DNA from: Cenococcum geophilum
Taxonomy: Eukaryota
NCBI GenBank assembly: GCA_050273025.1
Contig: CP158635.1
Span: forward strand, 28,396,001-28,460,000
Direction of reading: 5' to 3'
Length of the DNA stretch: 64,000 bases
The notes beneath the pieces are model-generated. The model made no database searches and was not told where the DNA came from. It worked only from the letters and a program-made list of their open reading frames with translations. A program made the translations under genes and the position numbers. Of the stretch, positions 25,301 through 40,112 are shown piece after piece. The first letter of the stretch is position 1, and every line of letters starts with the position of its first letter.

Positions 25301-28300
25301 GTATTATCTGCCTTAAGGTAGTACTTCTTATACTTCGCCTAAGCCGCTTTAGCGCAGCTAGCTAAATAGGTATAAGTCTTAATATCTAGGCTTCGCTTCT
25401 TCTTCTTAGCAAGATTAATAAAGTGTTTCTTTATCTACTTTAGCTTATAAAGAAGCCAATTAAGCGTCTAGAAATAATCTATATGGTCTATTTATTTACC
25501 CTTAATAGTAAATATAGCCTTATAGAACTTTTCTAGGTATATATAAAGATATTTAAGCTCTAACTAGTGGCGAGGTTTTAGCTTATTATGCTTAGTAAGA
25601 GGTTTTAAGCCGGTTAGGGCAGCGTATAAGGTAATAAATTTATTAACGCGTTCTTTATAGTTTAGGAACCGTCTAATAGCTATAAATAGTAAGTTCTATT
25701 ATATAGCGTTATTTTAAATAAGCTATTTAGTTTATTAGTGTTATAATTAATTAAAAGAGAATTATTATAAATCCACCTTTATAGCCAATTAAGTTCCTAG
25801 GATTAACTAAGTAAAGTAGCGAATATTATAAAATCTCTCAACACCACATACCTATAGTTTATTAAATTCCGCTAATAAGCCCCCTATTTTAATCCTTTTA
25901 AAAAAAACTCTACTACTAGGGAGTTATATAAATATACTAAATGAGATTTTATAGTAAACTAATTGCTTTGCGCTTCCTCTAAAGCTAACTAGCCTTCTCT
26001 ATATTACCTTTACGGATAGCTATTTTTAGCTAGCGGCAAACTTTTTAGCATCCTTACTAATAATAAAAGCTTAGGCGCAGAGGTTAATAATATAACTAAA
26101 GCAGTAAAGACGGCGGCCCTTTCTTTGCTTTACTAATATTTTTAAATATAATACTTAAAAAACCGCGTTAATACACTTATCGTTTAACTCCGCGTTATCC
26201 GCTATAAAATTGTTACGGACGCTTTAAGTACAATGTTACGACTACTTGGAGAAGAGTTAGAAGAAGCTAGTTAGTTAATTTAGGCACGGTCCAAAATAGA
26301 GCTAATAGAGCTATGTGACGAGGAATAGTAGCTAAGGTCATATAACGTTATATATAGTATACGCAGTATATAAAGGGAACGTATGTATAATATGTATAAT
26401 ACGTACCTTACGTATAAAGGGGATTTCTTAGGAGTACGGTTGTGTATTTAAAGGACCACAGTCCCTACCTAGATAGTTCTCTTCTTTGTAGTAAATCTTA
26501 AAATATAGTTAGAGTTAATCTATTAGGTAACCACTCTACCAGTTATTATTACGTTATTAACTTCCTATTTACCTATATACCCAGCCCATTAATAAGTCTA
26601 CCGTAGTTCCTGCTATAAGGCTTCGTTATATATTTACTACTAAGGTTACGGTATTAATAAAGTTAAATAACATGCCACTAAAAGCACTAGCTACAACGCC
26701 GTTAATAGTAGCAACTATATCGAGATTAGGTAACAATACTAGTATAGTAAAAGACACTAACTCTTAGCTAGTTACTATTAGACAGCTATAGGAAATAGTT
26801 AACTAATTAATAGACAACAACAAGATACTTAAAGAAAGAATTAGTAGGATTAGAGCAGCTAAGGTTAAGTTACCCTTAATTAAGCGATTCTTAGGAGAAA
26901 AGTTAAAGCTTAAGGGATTCCTTATATAAATGCACTTTACGGTTACGTAAAAGGGAGTTAAACTAGGAACGCCTATGGATTAAGTCGCCTATATAGGATT
27001 GTTCTTAACGGGAAGGGTACTTAAGTAGTTTAAATCTTACCTTACGGAAATGCAAGAATATGGTATAACAACCACTAACTAGGAGGTTTAGTATATATTC
27101 TTAAGTTAAAATAGGTTTGTAGAATAATTAACGTAAATATTTAAAAACCTAAAGGCAACTATAATGGCAGAAAGAAAGCTTTAAAACCTAGTATAAAGAA
27201 CTTCAATAATTAAGTATACAATATAGTTTTAAACGTTAGTAATATAGGTTAAATAGAACAATAAAGCGCTTATAGCATAGTATAAATAGGGACTTAAGGC
27301 GAAGGTCTAAGACGCAATTATTCTAATAGAAGATGCGGATACTTTTAGGAATTTAATTAATTAAGTAATTAAGATTAATAATAGGATCTACTAAAGAGAG
27401 TAGACTAAGAAGGGTTAGGATAGAGTTCTATAATTATATAAGGCGCAAAACACGTAACGACAGAGTTAAAGTTAAAAACTATAGTATAGCGTAGAGCCAA
27501 TAGACCTAAGTGGTACTAAAGAAAATAAGAAATGGAATAAGCGACTATAGAAACCTAGAGGATAAGAATTAAGTAATTAAAGGTCTAAGGAGTAGAGGCC
27601 GAACTAGGAATCTTAGCAGTAGAAGACGTTTAGGCGAACTTTATAGCAAGAAAAATGGTTTAAAGAAGGAGCTTACATAAATTACGGAAAATAAGGTTAT
27701 TATATTAAAGACTATAAAAGTAGTTAAAGTTACTATATAGTAAGAGAAACAAGACTAGTAGAAGATATATATAAATAAAGGGATAATAGTGTACTGCGAG
27801 GAACAAAAGAATGTTTAATTAAAAGTTTTACGTTTTATTATAATAACGCATGCTAAATTTATAAGGACGCTAAATACGGCGTAAGCTATTAGCTATAAGA
27901 GCTAAAGTTAATAGAGTTTAGAGGAACTAATAAACTAGTTTACAGATCGGATATTAAGGACAATAACTTTAATATAGGTAAAACATTCCGTAATAATAAG
28001 GTAATAAAAGTAGCTTACTAGGAGTATATAGACCTTAAAGATATTATATAAGAGGTAGAGGATAATTCTATTACAAAATAGGGAACATTAGTTGGGATTA
28101 AGACCCTACTAGATATAATATCTATTACTTCGCGAGACGTAAAAGAAGTAGGATAGTAAACTACTTCGGCACTTAATAAAGGCAAAAGGCTAACGGCTTA
28201 AGACTCTTAAGATAAGATATAAGACGACTAAGATTCTTAACGCGAGATAAGGTAAGCTTAAGGACCTATAATAGATAATAACCAATAGAGCAAAGCAACG

Positions 28301-30838
28301 GCTTAGTTTAGTAATATATAAATAAGCTTAGGACGAAGTTTCCTAAAGGCACAAAACTCTTAAAACAAGATAAGTAAGATTTAAGACTCTTAAGATAAGA
28401 TAAGAACACTATAAAAGCTTAGTTAAACTAAGGCTAAAGTAAAGCTTAAAATAGAAGTAAGCTTAGGATTAAGAATCTTATAGGACTAAGATTCTAGCAA
28501 TAGGATAAGGACCATTAAAGAAATTATAAGTAAAGCTTAGTAATAAGATTAAAAAGTTAATACCAGGATTAAAAAGTAAGAAGACTTTAAGGACCTAAAC
28601 GTAAGATGTAAACCAAAAGAAACTATAGAAGAATTTAGATAAAGAATTATCGCATAGTAAGAACAGAAACTAGATAAAAGATCTAGTATATTAGGACGTA
28701 TAAGGGACAGAGCACTAGTATAAAAAATCACCAATTAGCTTAGGGCAAGTACACTAAAAGCTAAGTAGCTTACTAAACTGGAAAATAAAGAGGATCTAGG
28801 GATTTTTACTAGATTCGAAGAATAATACACTAAAGGCTATTATAATATAGTAATAAGAAGATACTTCCTTACAGACAAGCCGTATATACTTTAGCAGCTA
28901 TACTAAAAGTGGTATAGGCAATAACATAACGATAAGTAGGAAGATTTCTATATATAGTTAGATAAACGAGTTATCTAGGACCACCTAATTATAGAGAAGG
29001 CCATAACTTATATTAAAGGAGCCTTAATTATAATATTAAAGGATCTAGAGGAATAATTAGAGGACTAAAGAAGCAAGAAGCGTATCTTAGTACCTGTAAA
29101 TAAAGTTATAACGTTTAGATCAGTATAATAAAGGTTTAAACTTAAAGATAAAGACGAGTTAAGAGTTAACCTAAAGTACCTAGCACACTATACACTATTA
29201 TAAATTGTATGCGTGGACGATATATGCGAGATATATAAGAATCTAAAAGAAAAGAATTGGAAATACCCTATAAGGATATATTGGGCGCTAAATAAGCGAT
29301 AGTATAGAAATGCTAAGTATATACACGGATAGTATTTAGTAGAAGTTTAAGAGTTAGGGGACTTAATGCTTTAACTAGGAAGATTCTTTACGGAAGAATA
29401 TTTAAATAAATAATAGTAGTGGGAATGCCTAGAGAATACGTATCTATAGTATATTAAAGATAAAAAGCGAACTAGGTATTAGCTAAAGAATAAGCTAAGT
29501 ATAATAGAATTAAGTAGCTAATAGTTAGGAAAAGTAGAGGCCTATAGAACTAAAGGGAGCTAGTAGTAAAGCCTTAGGCCCTTGGGGGGGTTTAGGGATA
29601 ACGCCTGGGTTTGTAAGTTAAATGGTAAGATTAGTAGTTTAAGGCACTAATAGATAGTAGAGCAACACGGAACCATATCTTACTAGTAGTAGTTAAAAAA
29701 AAATAGGGTTACCTTACAGATAGAAGGAGTAACTTTACCTATTAGTTATAATTTTAGAAGATCTAATAGCCTATAGAGGAGGGATTATTAATCTTAAAAT
29801 AGGACCTATTTAGATAACCATTAAAGGAAGATAAATTAAGATATCTTTTAATATCCTACTATTAGGACGGGATAAGGCAGTATTAGAAATACCTTAATTA
29901 CAGGAATATAATCTAAAGATTAATTAGATTACGGGTTAGGTTAATATTAAAGATACTTAATAACATAAGATATAATAATAAACTAAGTTAGTATAGTACT
30001 AAGTTAGAGCGATATATAAAGAGACTAAGCGAGGCTTAAGTTATATACTAAAGAGATACCATAAGTATGGTAAAAAAACTATAGAGTCTAGAAAGTAAAA
30101 AGCTGGCATATTATATAGTATAGAACTATAAGATAGAGTTAAAACTAGGAATAAGTCTAAAGTTCTTCCTAACCTATAAGCTTACTTAAGAGGAGTCTAG
30201 AGCACTAAAAGAGTTTATCTAAGAGAACTTATAAAAGGGATATATTAGACTATTACAGTTATTAGTAGGTTATCTAGTACTATTTATACTAAAGAAAAAC
30301 GGGCAACTTAGGTTATATATTAACTATAAATAGTTAAACAGCATTACGCGAAAGGATAGGTATCCTTTACCATTAATTAGCGAAATCTAGAATTAGATAG
30401 GTAACGTATAAATCTTTACAAAGATAGATCTAAGATAGGCGTACTATTAAATTAGGATTAAAAAGGGTAATGAATAAAAGGCAGCTTTTAGGTTAAGAGA
30501 AGAACTATATAAACCGTTAGTTATGCAATTTAGATTAATAAATATACCCGTAACATTTTAGAAAAGAATTAATAGTATGTTAGGAGAACACCTTAATAAA
30601 TTTGTTATAGTATACCTTAATAATATTATTATCTACTTAATAACTAAGGAAGAATACGGGGAATACGTTAAATGGGTTTTAAAGAAACTATAAGAAGAAT
30701 AGATGCTAGTAGCAATTAAGAAATGCGAGTTCTTTATAAGGAAGACCGATTTTATTAGGTTTATTATTAAACTAGGTTATATTAGTATAGACCTAAAGAA
30801 GATTAAAGCTATAGTAAGTTGGCAAGAACTAGAGAATA

Positions 30839-33800
30839 TGTAAGCTTTATAGTGCGAAGAATTGAATAAACGACTTGATTGTAAATATAGCTCTAAGACG
30901 TCTATATATACACAAAGTGGGTAATAAGAAGATAATGACGATGATGCTTAATTGCTAAGGTAGACAGCGCTTATAGTCGGTAATAGGTGATAAAAATAGG
31001 TAATAAGATATACAATATAAGATATACGAGGTGGTGAGCTACGAGGTAATGCGAGCCTTGGTAGTCAGTTACACACCCCCCTAGATTTTACAGTGTAGTT
31101 AAAGCTGTAGCAAACAAAAATAAAGGTAGAGGTTATACCAAAATAGGAAATTTAGATACAATTTGGGAGTAGCAAAAGGGTAGGGTAATTAAAATGGCAT
31201 ATTGCGAATATTGCGGATATTGCGGATTTCGCGGACATTGCGAATGGAATCAATTAATCTAATATTGAATATCCACCAAATTCAATTACTTTATCCAAGC
31301 TTCGTACTTTTAACGAGGTAGGATCTTAGTAAGGCTATCGGTAGGCATCTTATCTATAGGGACCCATTAGACGTTGATCTTTTTGTCTTAAACTTCCTGT
31401 CTCAGCTAGTGCTAGTAAACGTCAATATGTCGAAGCTTAGTGTTAAGCTTTGGTGTATCCTGTCTTAGGAGTCGTATAGTCTATATATTGTCGCAGAGCA
31501 CGGTAAAATTGCGTTCTAAGTTAAACCCGATTGCCTTAAAGAATCGTTGCCACTAGATAATTTTAACGGCAGCAGTAGATAGGGAGAGAAGCTCCGCTTT
31601 GGTAGTTAAATAAGTAACTAATCGTTATAAGGTAGCTTTCCAATTAATTGGTCCTCCGAATAGTATAAATAGGTACCCCTAAGAGCTACGTCTAGTTTCC
31701 TTATCGTCCGTAAATACTGCATTAGATGCTCCGTAAAAGGTAACGTCTTCTCCTTTTAGGTTTCTGTAATAGATATATGCTCTAAAGGCTTCGCCAGAGT
31801 ATTTAATAGCTGTTGATTTTGTTCTAAGGCAGTAGGAAATGGCTTAGTTTGCTATATTAAGGTGTTCTTAATTTAGATTAGTAAGGAATTCGGCCAGCTT
31901 AGAATGCGTCTTAGTAATATTAGGTCTTCTAAATACGGCTAGATGTATAAGAGAACTAACCCGTTACTAATAGGCTAGTGTTCTTTAAGGGTTCGTCTGC
32001 TGGTTAGATGGAATTAGTTTAGTAGGTAGTAGAGATTTAGGAAATCTTCCTAGTTAAATATTAAATTAATTGGCTATTTTTTTAATATAGGAGTCTTAGT
32101 AAAGCCAGAGCTTCCTACTTACTTAATTTTAACTAATTTAAATACTTAGGAACTACTATAGGTCTCCTAGTGCACGGATCTCGTATTAGTGCAGTAATTT
32201 TACTTCAAATTCTTTAAGTCTTAAAAGGTCCTTCTTGGCAAATAGGACGGCAATATTGTCTATATAGAAGAAGATAATAAGTCGTCCGTTAGTAAATAGG
32301 CAGTTAGTGCCTAATACTAGTTCTAATCTAAATTTAGCCAGTATATTAGTAAGCTCTTTATACTAAAGTAGCAGTGAGATTTTTAATCTATAAAGCGCTA
32401 TAAGTAGCTTTAGGACATGTCCGTTTTGATTAAATCCTTCTAGGCAGTAGCAGTAGATTAGTTTACTAAGCTTAGCGTTTATAAATGCGTTTACAGCGTT
32501 ATACTGTTAAATTTCTAGGTTAAATGCGGCTGCTATAGCCATAAGAGCACGGAATATTCGAGCAGCTAGGGTTGCTACATAGGTCTCTTCTTTAGTAATC
32601 TATAAGTCTCCGCGGATGTATAGTTAAGCTTTAAGCTTCTATAGGTAGCCGTTGCTATTAAGCTTATATTTAAAGACCTATTTTAGTAAAAGGATCTGCT
32701 CATTACTTGCTTCTACTTTTAGTATAGTCTTAAATGTCCCTTAGCGTTTTAGGTTATTATATTCTTTTTCTATAGCTTTTTAGAAGCCGGTAGTTAATAG
32801 ATACTTTCTTAACTCCTTAAAGTTCTTTGGTTTAGGAGGAAGATTGTCCTAATATAGAGATAAAGATCTAGTTTGGTTAATATCCTTTACTAGTCCTGTA
32901 GCAAATCCAGCGTAGTAACCAAATAGGGTAGATAGATTGGCTAGTGCTGTCGCATACGCTTAATATTGAATTCTTTTTAATCCTTTTAGTAGGATAAGGT
33001 CGGTAGAAGGTTTAGCTAAGACTTCATTAGCTTATAGAGCTATATTGGTTACTCTATTAGATAGTTCTAGAGAGCTTAGCTAGGTAGGAATTGTTTTAAT
33101 TATATCTAGGATGTCGTCTTAAAGTCCTTATGGTGAGGTGTTTGATTCTAGTAAATCTAGAGATATTATTCTACTAGGTATCGGTAACTGCTTAGTATCC
33201 TTTGTACAAGGCTCTGCCAAATTGTTTAATTTAGATATAGTCGTTTAATCTGCACCTAAGGTAGATCTTTAAGGGTCCAGATTAACTATATATAGGATTA
33301 ATTCGTCCTTAGATTTATCCTCGTGGAGAGGTTCTAGTAGACTAATTATCTAGAGGGTGTCTTCTAATGCTTCCCTTAGTAGGTAGTTAATGTCTTAACC
33401 CTTAGGGTTATAGAATAAGGTCTTATCAAATATGATATCTCTAGTTTAAATAACTTTATAAAGACTTGGAATCCAGATGCGGTAGATATTTATTAAATTA
33501 TAGCCGACTAGGTGTCCAATCAATACACGAGGAGCTAGTTTATCTCCCCTTTTAATTTATTTATCCAGTGTATAGGTCTTGCAACCGTATACGTGCATAT
33601 AGGTAAGTAATGGCGGGTTACTATAGGCGATCTTGTACGGAGTTTTCTATCCTAGTTGCTTATTTAGGGTTTAATTAAGTGTGTAGCTAGCAGTAAGGAA
33701 AGCTTCTGGTTCTAGGGATAGGGGTAAGGATACTTCTAGCTGTATAGCCCTTAATTATTCTATAAGGGTTCGTCTAGATCGTTCTACTCCACTATTTTAT

Positions 33801-36380
33801 TCCTTGGTATATAGTGCTTGGCATTTAAAAGTAATACCTTTGTCTGCATACTATGTATATAAGGTGTCTCCTGTTTGTCTAAAAGCACGTTTATTATCGC
33901 TCTAGAAGAAGACAACGTCCTAGTAAAATCGTATTTTGATTAAACGGTGGGTCTTATAGATGGTAGGTAGGACGGTAGCTTTATCCTTATTCTTAGTAGT
34001 AAATATAAAATTGAATTTAGAATACGTGTAATAGAAGTGCATTACGTATTTATCGCCGTTGTACCTTAGTTCTCCAAGGGTAATAATATTAAATGCTACC
34101 CGCTCGAATGGTTAAGTGGCTAGAAATTTGTGTTCTCGTTTTTAAGAGATCTGCTACGTATACTTTACTAATAAGTAGACTTTATATTCGATTTTAAGCG
34201 GTACTTGTTTGTTAATTAGCTCTTTAAGCTCTACGCTATTAACGTGCTTAGGAAGCTATTTAATAGCGTTAGGTCCTATATAGCCAAGTATTTTATGCCA
34301 TTTTATAGCTATGGCTCTAACTAGTTTACGGGCCATTCTACTTAGTTAATATCTTCTTATTAAGAAGGTTAATTGAGTTGTTAAATCTAGGGTAGGCTCT
34401 CTGTGCATTAGTGCCTAGTGGCCCCTTAGTCGTTTTGTATAGTATACTATTTTACTAGTTACTAGATAGTATAGTAAGTTTTGTCCTAAGTCGAAATAGA
34501 TATCGTTATTAGTAGCTCTTAATAGTGCTATAATATTTATAAATATAGTAGGTACCAATACTACATAGGATAGCTTTATTTTTAAGCTCTTAGTAGGTAT
34601 ATTAATAGTAATCGTTACTGTTCCGTAAGCTTATATCTTTTTAAAATTTCCGCTAGTAATTAGGTAGTCATCTTCTGCAGCTAGGTAGGAAAAGGTAAAG
34701 TCTTCTTAGTTATTACAGACGTGGGTATCTACACTAGGGTTAAGTATCTAGGTATTCTGGAGTTTAAATAGAAATTAACTAGTACTAAACACGGCAGCAT
34801 AGCTAGTTGGGGTCTTAGATGGTAGGGTTTTAGAATTAAAATCTATTATAGATTTTATGCTCTTCTTTGCTTCCTATTCTCTTTTTAAGATAAGGTTAAT
34901 AATGCGTTTAATCTAAGGTGTAGATAAGATCTTTTTATCTACTTCCTTTTAGACGTCTAGGTTTAGCTTCTATCCTTAAGGGCGCTTCTACTTAATAATG
35001 TAGAAGTAGTTACCAAATTAATGCTTAAGGCCGTATACGCATATCTTATTCTATTTAGAATTAGAATTAGAATTGCCGTTAGAATCTAAATTAGAATTTA
35101 AATTACCTAGGGTTGTAAAGGCAGAGTTATTAGTAGGGGTAGTAGAGGATACTGCTTGCTGCATACGGTAGTGCTCCTTAAATTCCTTAATTAGATTAAT
35201 AAAAGATGGGGTAGCTTTATCCTTCTGTTTTTTCTAATAAGATCTACTTTTAGTGCTTTTACGAAGCTAGAAGAGATGGGCTTAATTACTTAAACGAAAT
35301 CGTAGTATGGCCTAAATCCCTATATGTCTGGTAGCTTTAATTATTCCATAAGCTTATAGACGTTCCGCTGGCTGTTTAGCCATTTATTAATGCTCTGCTT
35401 TTTATTATAGGCTTTTAAAGCCGTATATTAATTAAGGATATTGTGCTTTTAACCTGAGGTGGTAGGGGCTAGTGCAGTCTTTAATGCTTAAAGCCGATTG
35501 TGTACCGTATTAAGGTCGTTAATAAGTAGAGGGTAGGCTATCAATGTGGTGCGAACGATATAGTTGCTAATATTGTTTATAGCCTGTTTTTGCTTCTGAT
35601 GTACGCGTAAATTGTCCTTATATTTAGCGTAGAGCTAATTATAGGCAATAAGTTAGTTTGGGTCTAGCTTGGCTATTAATGTAGCATTAGGAAGTACGTC
35701 CGCTGGTATAGGTTGATATGGTGGTTTTAGCTTTAGAAGCTCGCCTTTCGTAAATAGGTTGATGTACTGCTATACCTCGTTAGTTTTGGCTATGTCTTAG
35801 ATAATAAAGAACTACTATGTCCAATTAGAAGGCTAGTTAAGGATAAGGTTGACTTTTAATTTGTTTATAGTTGTTATTTTAGGATTTTAACAGGTTAGGT
35901 AGGGTCTAATTGGCGTCTTAGCGAAACCTTATTTTGACGTTCCGAACTTTTGATTTAATTCGTCAGTTCGTTTGTTGGTTAGGTACGTACGTTAACTAGG
36001 GTCAATTGTCCGTTTATTTAATAGATAAAGAAGCTTAAGATACTGCAAAGGTAGTAGAAGTAGTGACTTCTTAAATAAGGTAGTAGATTAATAATATAAC
36101 AGGTAGATTAATTGCTTAGCAGGTAGTGCAATCCGGGCTTATAACTGTAAGCTTTATAGTGCGAAGAATTGAATAAACGACTTGATTGTGAATATAGCTC
36201 TAAGGCGTTTATATATACACGAAGTGGGTGACAAGAAGATAATAACGATAATGCTTAATTGCTGAGGTAGACAGCGCTTACAGTCGGTAATAGGTAATGA
36301 AAATAGGTAGTAAGATATACGATGTGAGACATACAAGGTGGTGAGCCACGAGGTAATGTAAGCCTTAGTAGTCGGTTACA
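30839..36380 (-). mobile_element. Ty1/Copia element, full length, inserted in Gypsy B pol
   Basis: 235-bp LTRs at 30839-31073 and 36146-36380; TSD gaata; PPT complement at 31074-31081; PBS gttataagcccgg. Domain order gag, PR (W)IL(D)P(GA)DTHVCN at about 34715-34750, IN, RT, RNase H FYGAS(D)A.F.DDKETRRSS(Q)GYLF at about 31665-31740. Confidence 0.96.
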
Positions 36381-38529
36381 GAATATAACGCAGTTAAGGT
36401 TATTCTTAGGGGTTTGTAACTACTATAGGAAGTTTATAGCATAATAGTTAAAGAATATTAAACTATTTACTAGGCTTATAAAGAAAGAGGAACTATAGGC
36501 ATAGGGAGATAAGTAAAAAAAGTTATTTAAGGAGCTTAAGGATCTATTTACCTAGGAGCTAACCCTTAAAATCTACTAACTAGGACTAGATACGGTTATA
36601 GAGATAAACGTATTAGACTACGTATTAGGAGTATACTTACTATAAAAGCATAAGGACGCATAGCATCCAGTATCGTACTATAGTAGAAAGATAACACTAC
36701 TAGAGTTAAACTATAACGTCTTAATAAAGAGTTGTTAGGTATAGTTACAGTACTTAAAAAATAGAGAGTATTCTTATAAGGTGTAGAGAAACTATTTATA
36801 GTTAAGATGGATTATAAGAACCTAATAGGGTTCCTAATAACAAAAGAACTTAATTATAGATAAGTTAGATGGGTAGAGATGCTTATAGAATACTATTTTA
36901 AGATTTAGTATACTAAGGGAACTAAAAATGTAAGAGTAGACGTACTTAGTAGAAAAGCTGAACTATAGAATAACGAAAAGCTATTAGGAGCAATGCTACG
37001 CAGAGATAAGAATAGATAAATTAGATATAATTACCCTAAGCTAGTAATAACTTAAGAGGATAACGAACTAGAAAGAGTCTATAAGACACTAGAAAGCTTT
37101 TAGGTATAAAGAATTCTAAAGGCATAGCTAGAAGATTCACAGATAGATATATACAAGAATTAAAAAGCGAAGTATATCCTAAGAAGTATAGCAGAGGATT
37201 TTATAGAGGATTTTATAGAGGAATAACTTAGGGATATAATAGAGTAATAGGCTTAGTGTTAAGACTATAGAAAGAATATATTATTAACGGAATCTAAAGT
37301 ATTGTAAGAAGAGTGATAAAAGAGTATCTAGATTGCTAAAGAAGTAAACTAATAAGGCATAAGCCGTATAGAGGGCTATAACCTATTAAAATACTAGAGA
37401 GACTATAGGAGGTCATATTATAGGACTTTATTATTAAGTTACTAAAGTTAAGAGATCCTATTACTGGATAAGATTACAATATAATCTTAGTAATAGTGGA
37501 TAAGTTAACCAAATAGGGCTACTTTATAGTATGCATAGAAGAAATCTTAGCGGAAGATATCGCTAGAATCTATATTAAAGAAGTATTTGTAAGATATAGA
37601 GCACTAAGTAAAATTATATTAGATAGAGATCTAAGATTTATAGCAGTATTCTAGGAAGTGTTCTTAACAGAGTAAGGAGTTTAAGTAGTAACTTTTACTA
37701 CATACTATCCGTAAACAGACAGTTAAACGGAAAGATTAAATTAGACGCTAGAGCAGTATCTAAGGCATTATATTAATTACGCATAAAACAATTAGGTATT
37801 ATTACTACTAGTTATATAGTTTATATATAATATAATACTATAGGAAGGAATAGGTATATTACTATTTAAGGCAAATTACGGATATAAGCTAAGAATATCG
37901 TTGTTACTATAATAAGTAAAGAAGATAAGTAGTATAGCTAAAAAAAAGAATAAAGATATTAATAAATCTTTATATAGACCTTATAGAATTAGTAAAGAAA
38001 GTATAAGAAAGAATAAAAAGGTACTATAATACTAAGAGATCTAAGGGACCAGATCTTAAGGAGGGAGATAAAGTATAGCTACTACATAAAAATTTTAAGA
38101 GTTGATAACTAAGTAAGAAGTTAAACTACGTTAGACTAGGACCTTTTAAAATTATATAGAGAATTTCACTAGTTACGTTTAAGTTAAACCTACTAGCTAA
38201 GATAAAGATCTACCCTATATAGTATATCGTAATGCTAGAACTAGTATATTAGAATGTTAAACTACTAGTTTATAAAGCAGATATATATAGAGGACAGAAA
38301 AAAGACAAATAGTAAGTTTTAAAGATCATTAGTTATAAGGACATTAATAATAAAATATAGTACGAGGTTAAGTAAATAGGCTATAATAAGACTACCTAGG
38401 AACCACTAGAAAATTTAAAAAACGCTATAAAAAAGGTATAGGAGTATTAAAAGAGATTAGGTTAGGCAGCATTAATAAAAAAGAATTACTAAAAAATAAG
38501 TCACCTAAGGGGGACCCAAGAAGAGCAGT

Positions 38530-39115
38530 TACTAAGCTACTTAGATCTATTTTCTTCTCGGATAAAAGAGAATCCATTCTTTTATCGCTAAGTTTCTATA
38601 AACCTTATTTTATAAGTTTCTACTCCTTAAAACGGACCTTCTTATAAACCTTTTTAAGACGGAGTAACTGAGCGGACGCAGTAATATGGGCCTTAAGAGC
38701 CTTCTACTCTATATCCTAAGAACGTTCTAACTTAATAAGGGCTTAAGACAGTTTACTATCTAGCTGCGTAGTAGTAAATTAAATATAAAACTCTAAAATA
38801 AATTAATTAAGGAACTAGACGACTATTAAGAAGAATAAGTTATATATATTTAGCATTAGAGATAGAGTAAACATCGCAGGACAAATAAATATTTGCTTTA
38901 ATACACTCTAAATAAAAGGACGGTTATTAAGAAGACGGGCTCGCCAATATAATATAGACTAACCCCTCTTTTACACAACAAGAATATAAAGACGGTATAA
39001 TCTTACTAAGAGATAATATTGTAGCAATAGTATAAGCATAACATTGCGCTTATAAGGAAGAAGAAACTTTAGGTATAATAAGTAATAATATTAACCAAAT
39101 TAATTAGACGGATAT
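38530..39115 (-). pseudogene. Antisense accessory ORF of Gypsy B: six-cysteine (Zn2Cys6-like) motif followed by a coiled-coil-like region
   Basis: De-RIPed reading (G)(E)I(M)PS.(C)S.CVKEGLV(C)..LASPSS(RQ)PS.(C).EC.KAN...SCDV at about 38870-39005. A probable intron at about 38765-38848 is followed by an E/K/L-rich helical stretch. Boundaries approximate. Confidence 0.6.
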
Positions 39116-40112
39116 TATACCTCTAGTAAATAACTTAGAGATATTTTAAATCTTTAAGGATAAAGATAAAAAGGAGGAAGATAGTGTTATAGACGCTTTA
39201 AGTACAATATTATAACTACTTAAAGAAGAGTTAGAAGAAGCTAGTTAGTTAATTTAGGTATAGTCTAGAATAGAGCTAATAGAGCTATATAATAAGGAAT
39301 AGTAGCTAAGGTTATATAATATTATATATAGTGTATATAGTATATAAAGGGAATGTATATATAATACGTATAACACGTACCTTACGTAAAAAGGGGATTT
39401 CTTAGGAGTACGGTTATGTATTTAAAGGACCACAGTCCTTACCTAGATAGTTCTCTTCTTTATAGTAAATCTTAGAATATAATTAGAGTTAATCTATTAG
39501 GCAACCACTATACTAGTTATTATTACGTTGTTAACTTCCTATTTACCTATATACCTAGCCTATTAATAAGTCCACCGTAGTTCCTGCTATAAGGCTTTAT
39601 TATAAAAATAGCTAATTTTTCTAGTAATCTTATACTCCTTAAAGAGAGTAACTAGGACGACCGCTATATTTTTACTGCTATATTTACTAAGGACCTTATA
39701 AAGCCCTATAACTATATAGCGTTAATTGCTAGATCGGTTAATATAGTGCGCTATAACTTCAAAAATCGCGTAAGCGTTTAGTGACGTCTATAGGTTAAAG
39801 GATATTAATATTAAGCTTTGCGCCGCCTTTATCTTAACCTTAATATTCTTCCTCTACTAATTAAACGCGTAGATTACCTACTTTTGGATTATTTTACTGG
39901 CTTTTGGTAGTAAGCTTACTAGCTTTAGATATATATAATAGAGGAGCTAGCGAAAGTATAAGTTTTTAAACTAAAAGAAGGCGATATAGTAGTAGACGAT
40001 CTATTAGACTAATATAGCTTTAAAACTATTAAAAGCTTATTAGCGATTAAGAGTGTAGGTGTTAGGAAAATCCTTAATTATTAGCTGGTTTAGATCCTTT
40101 AGAGAAGGCTAT

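Larger units (their letters stand above)
26211..39604 (+). mobile_element. Ty3/Gypsy chromovirus B, full length, containing a Copia insertion
   Basis: 420-bp LTRs at 26211-26630 and 39185-39604; TSD aaaat; PPT aaggaggaagatag before 39185. gag ATG at about 26672; CCHC knuckle at about 27675-27715; protease ALIDS(G)AT at about 29643; RT YL(DD)IIIY at about 30612; RNase H at about 36600; integrase at about 37200-37900; chromodomain at about 38300-38450. Confidence 0.95.

Noticed and set aside
36154..36336. 60-aa ORF
   Set aside because: Lies within the Copia LTR; chance open frame.
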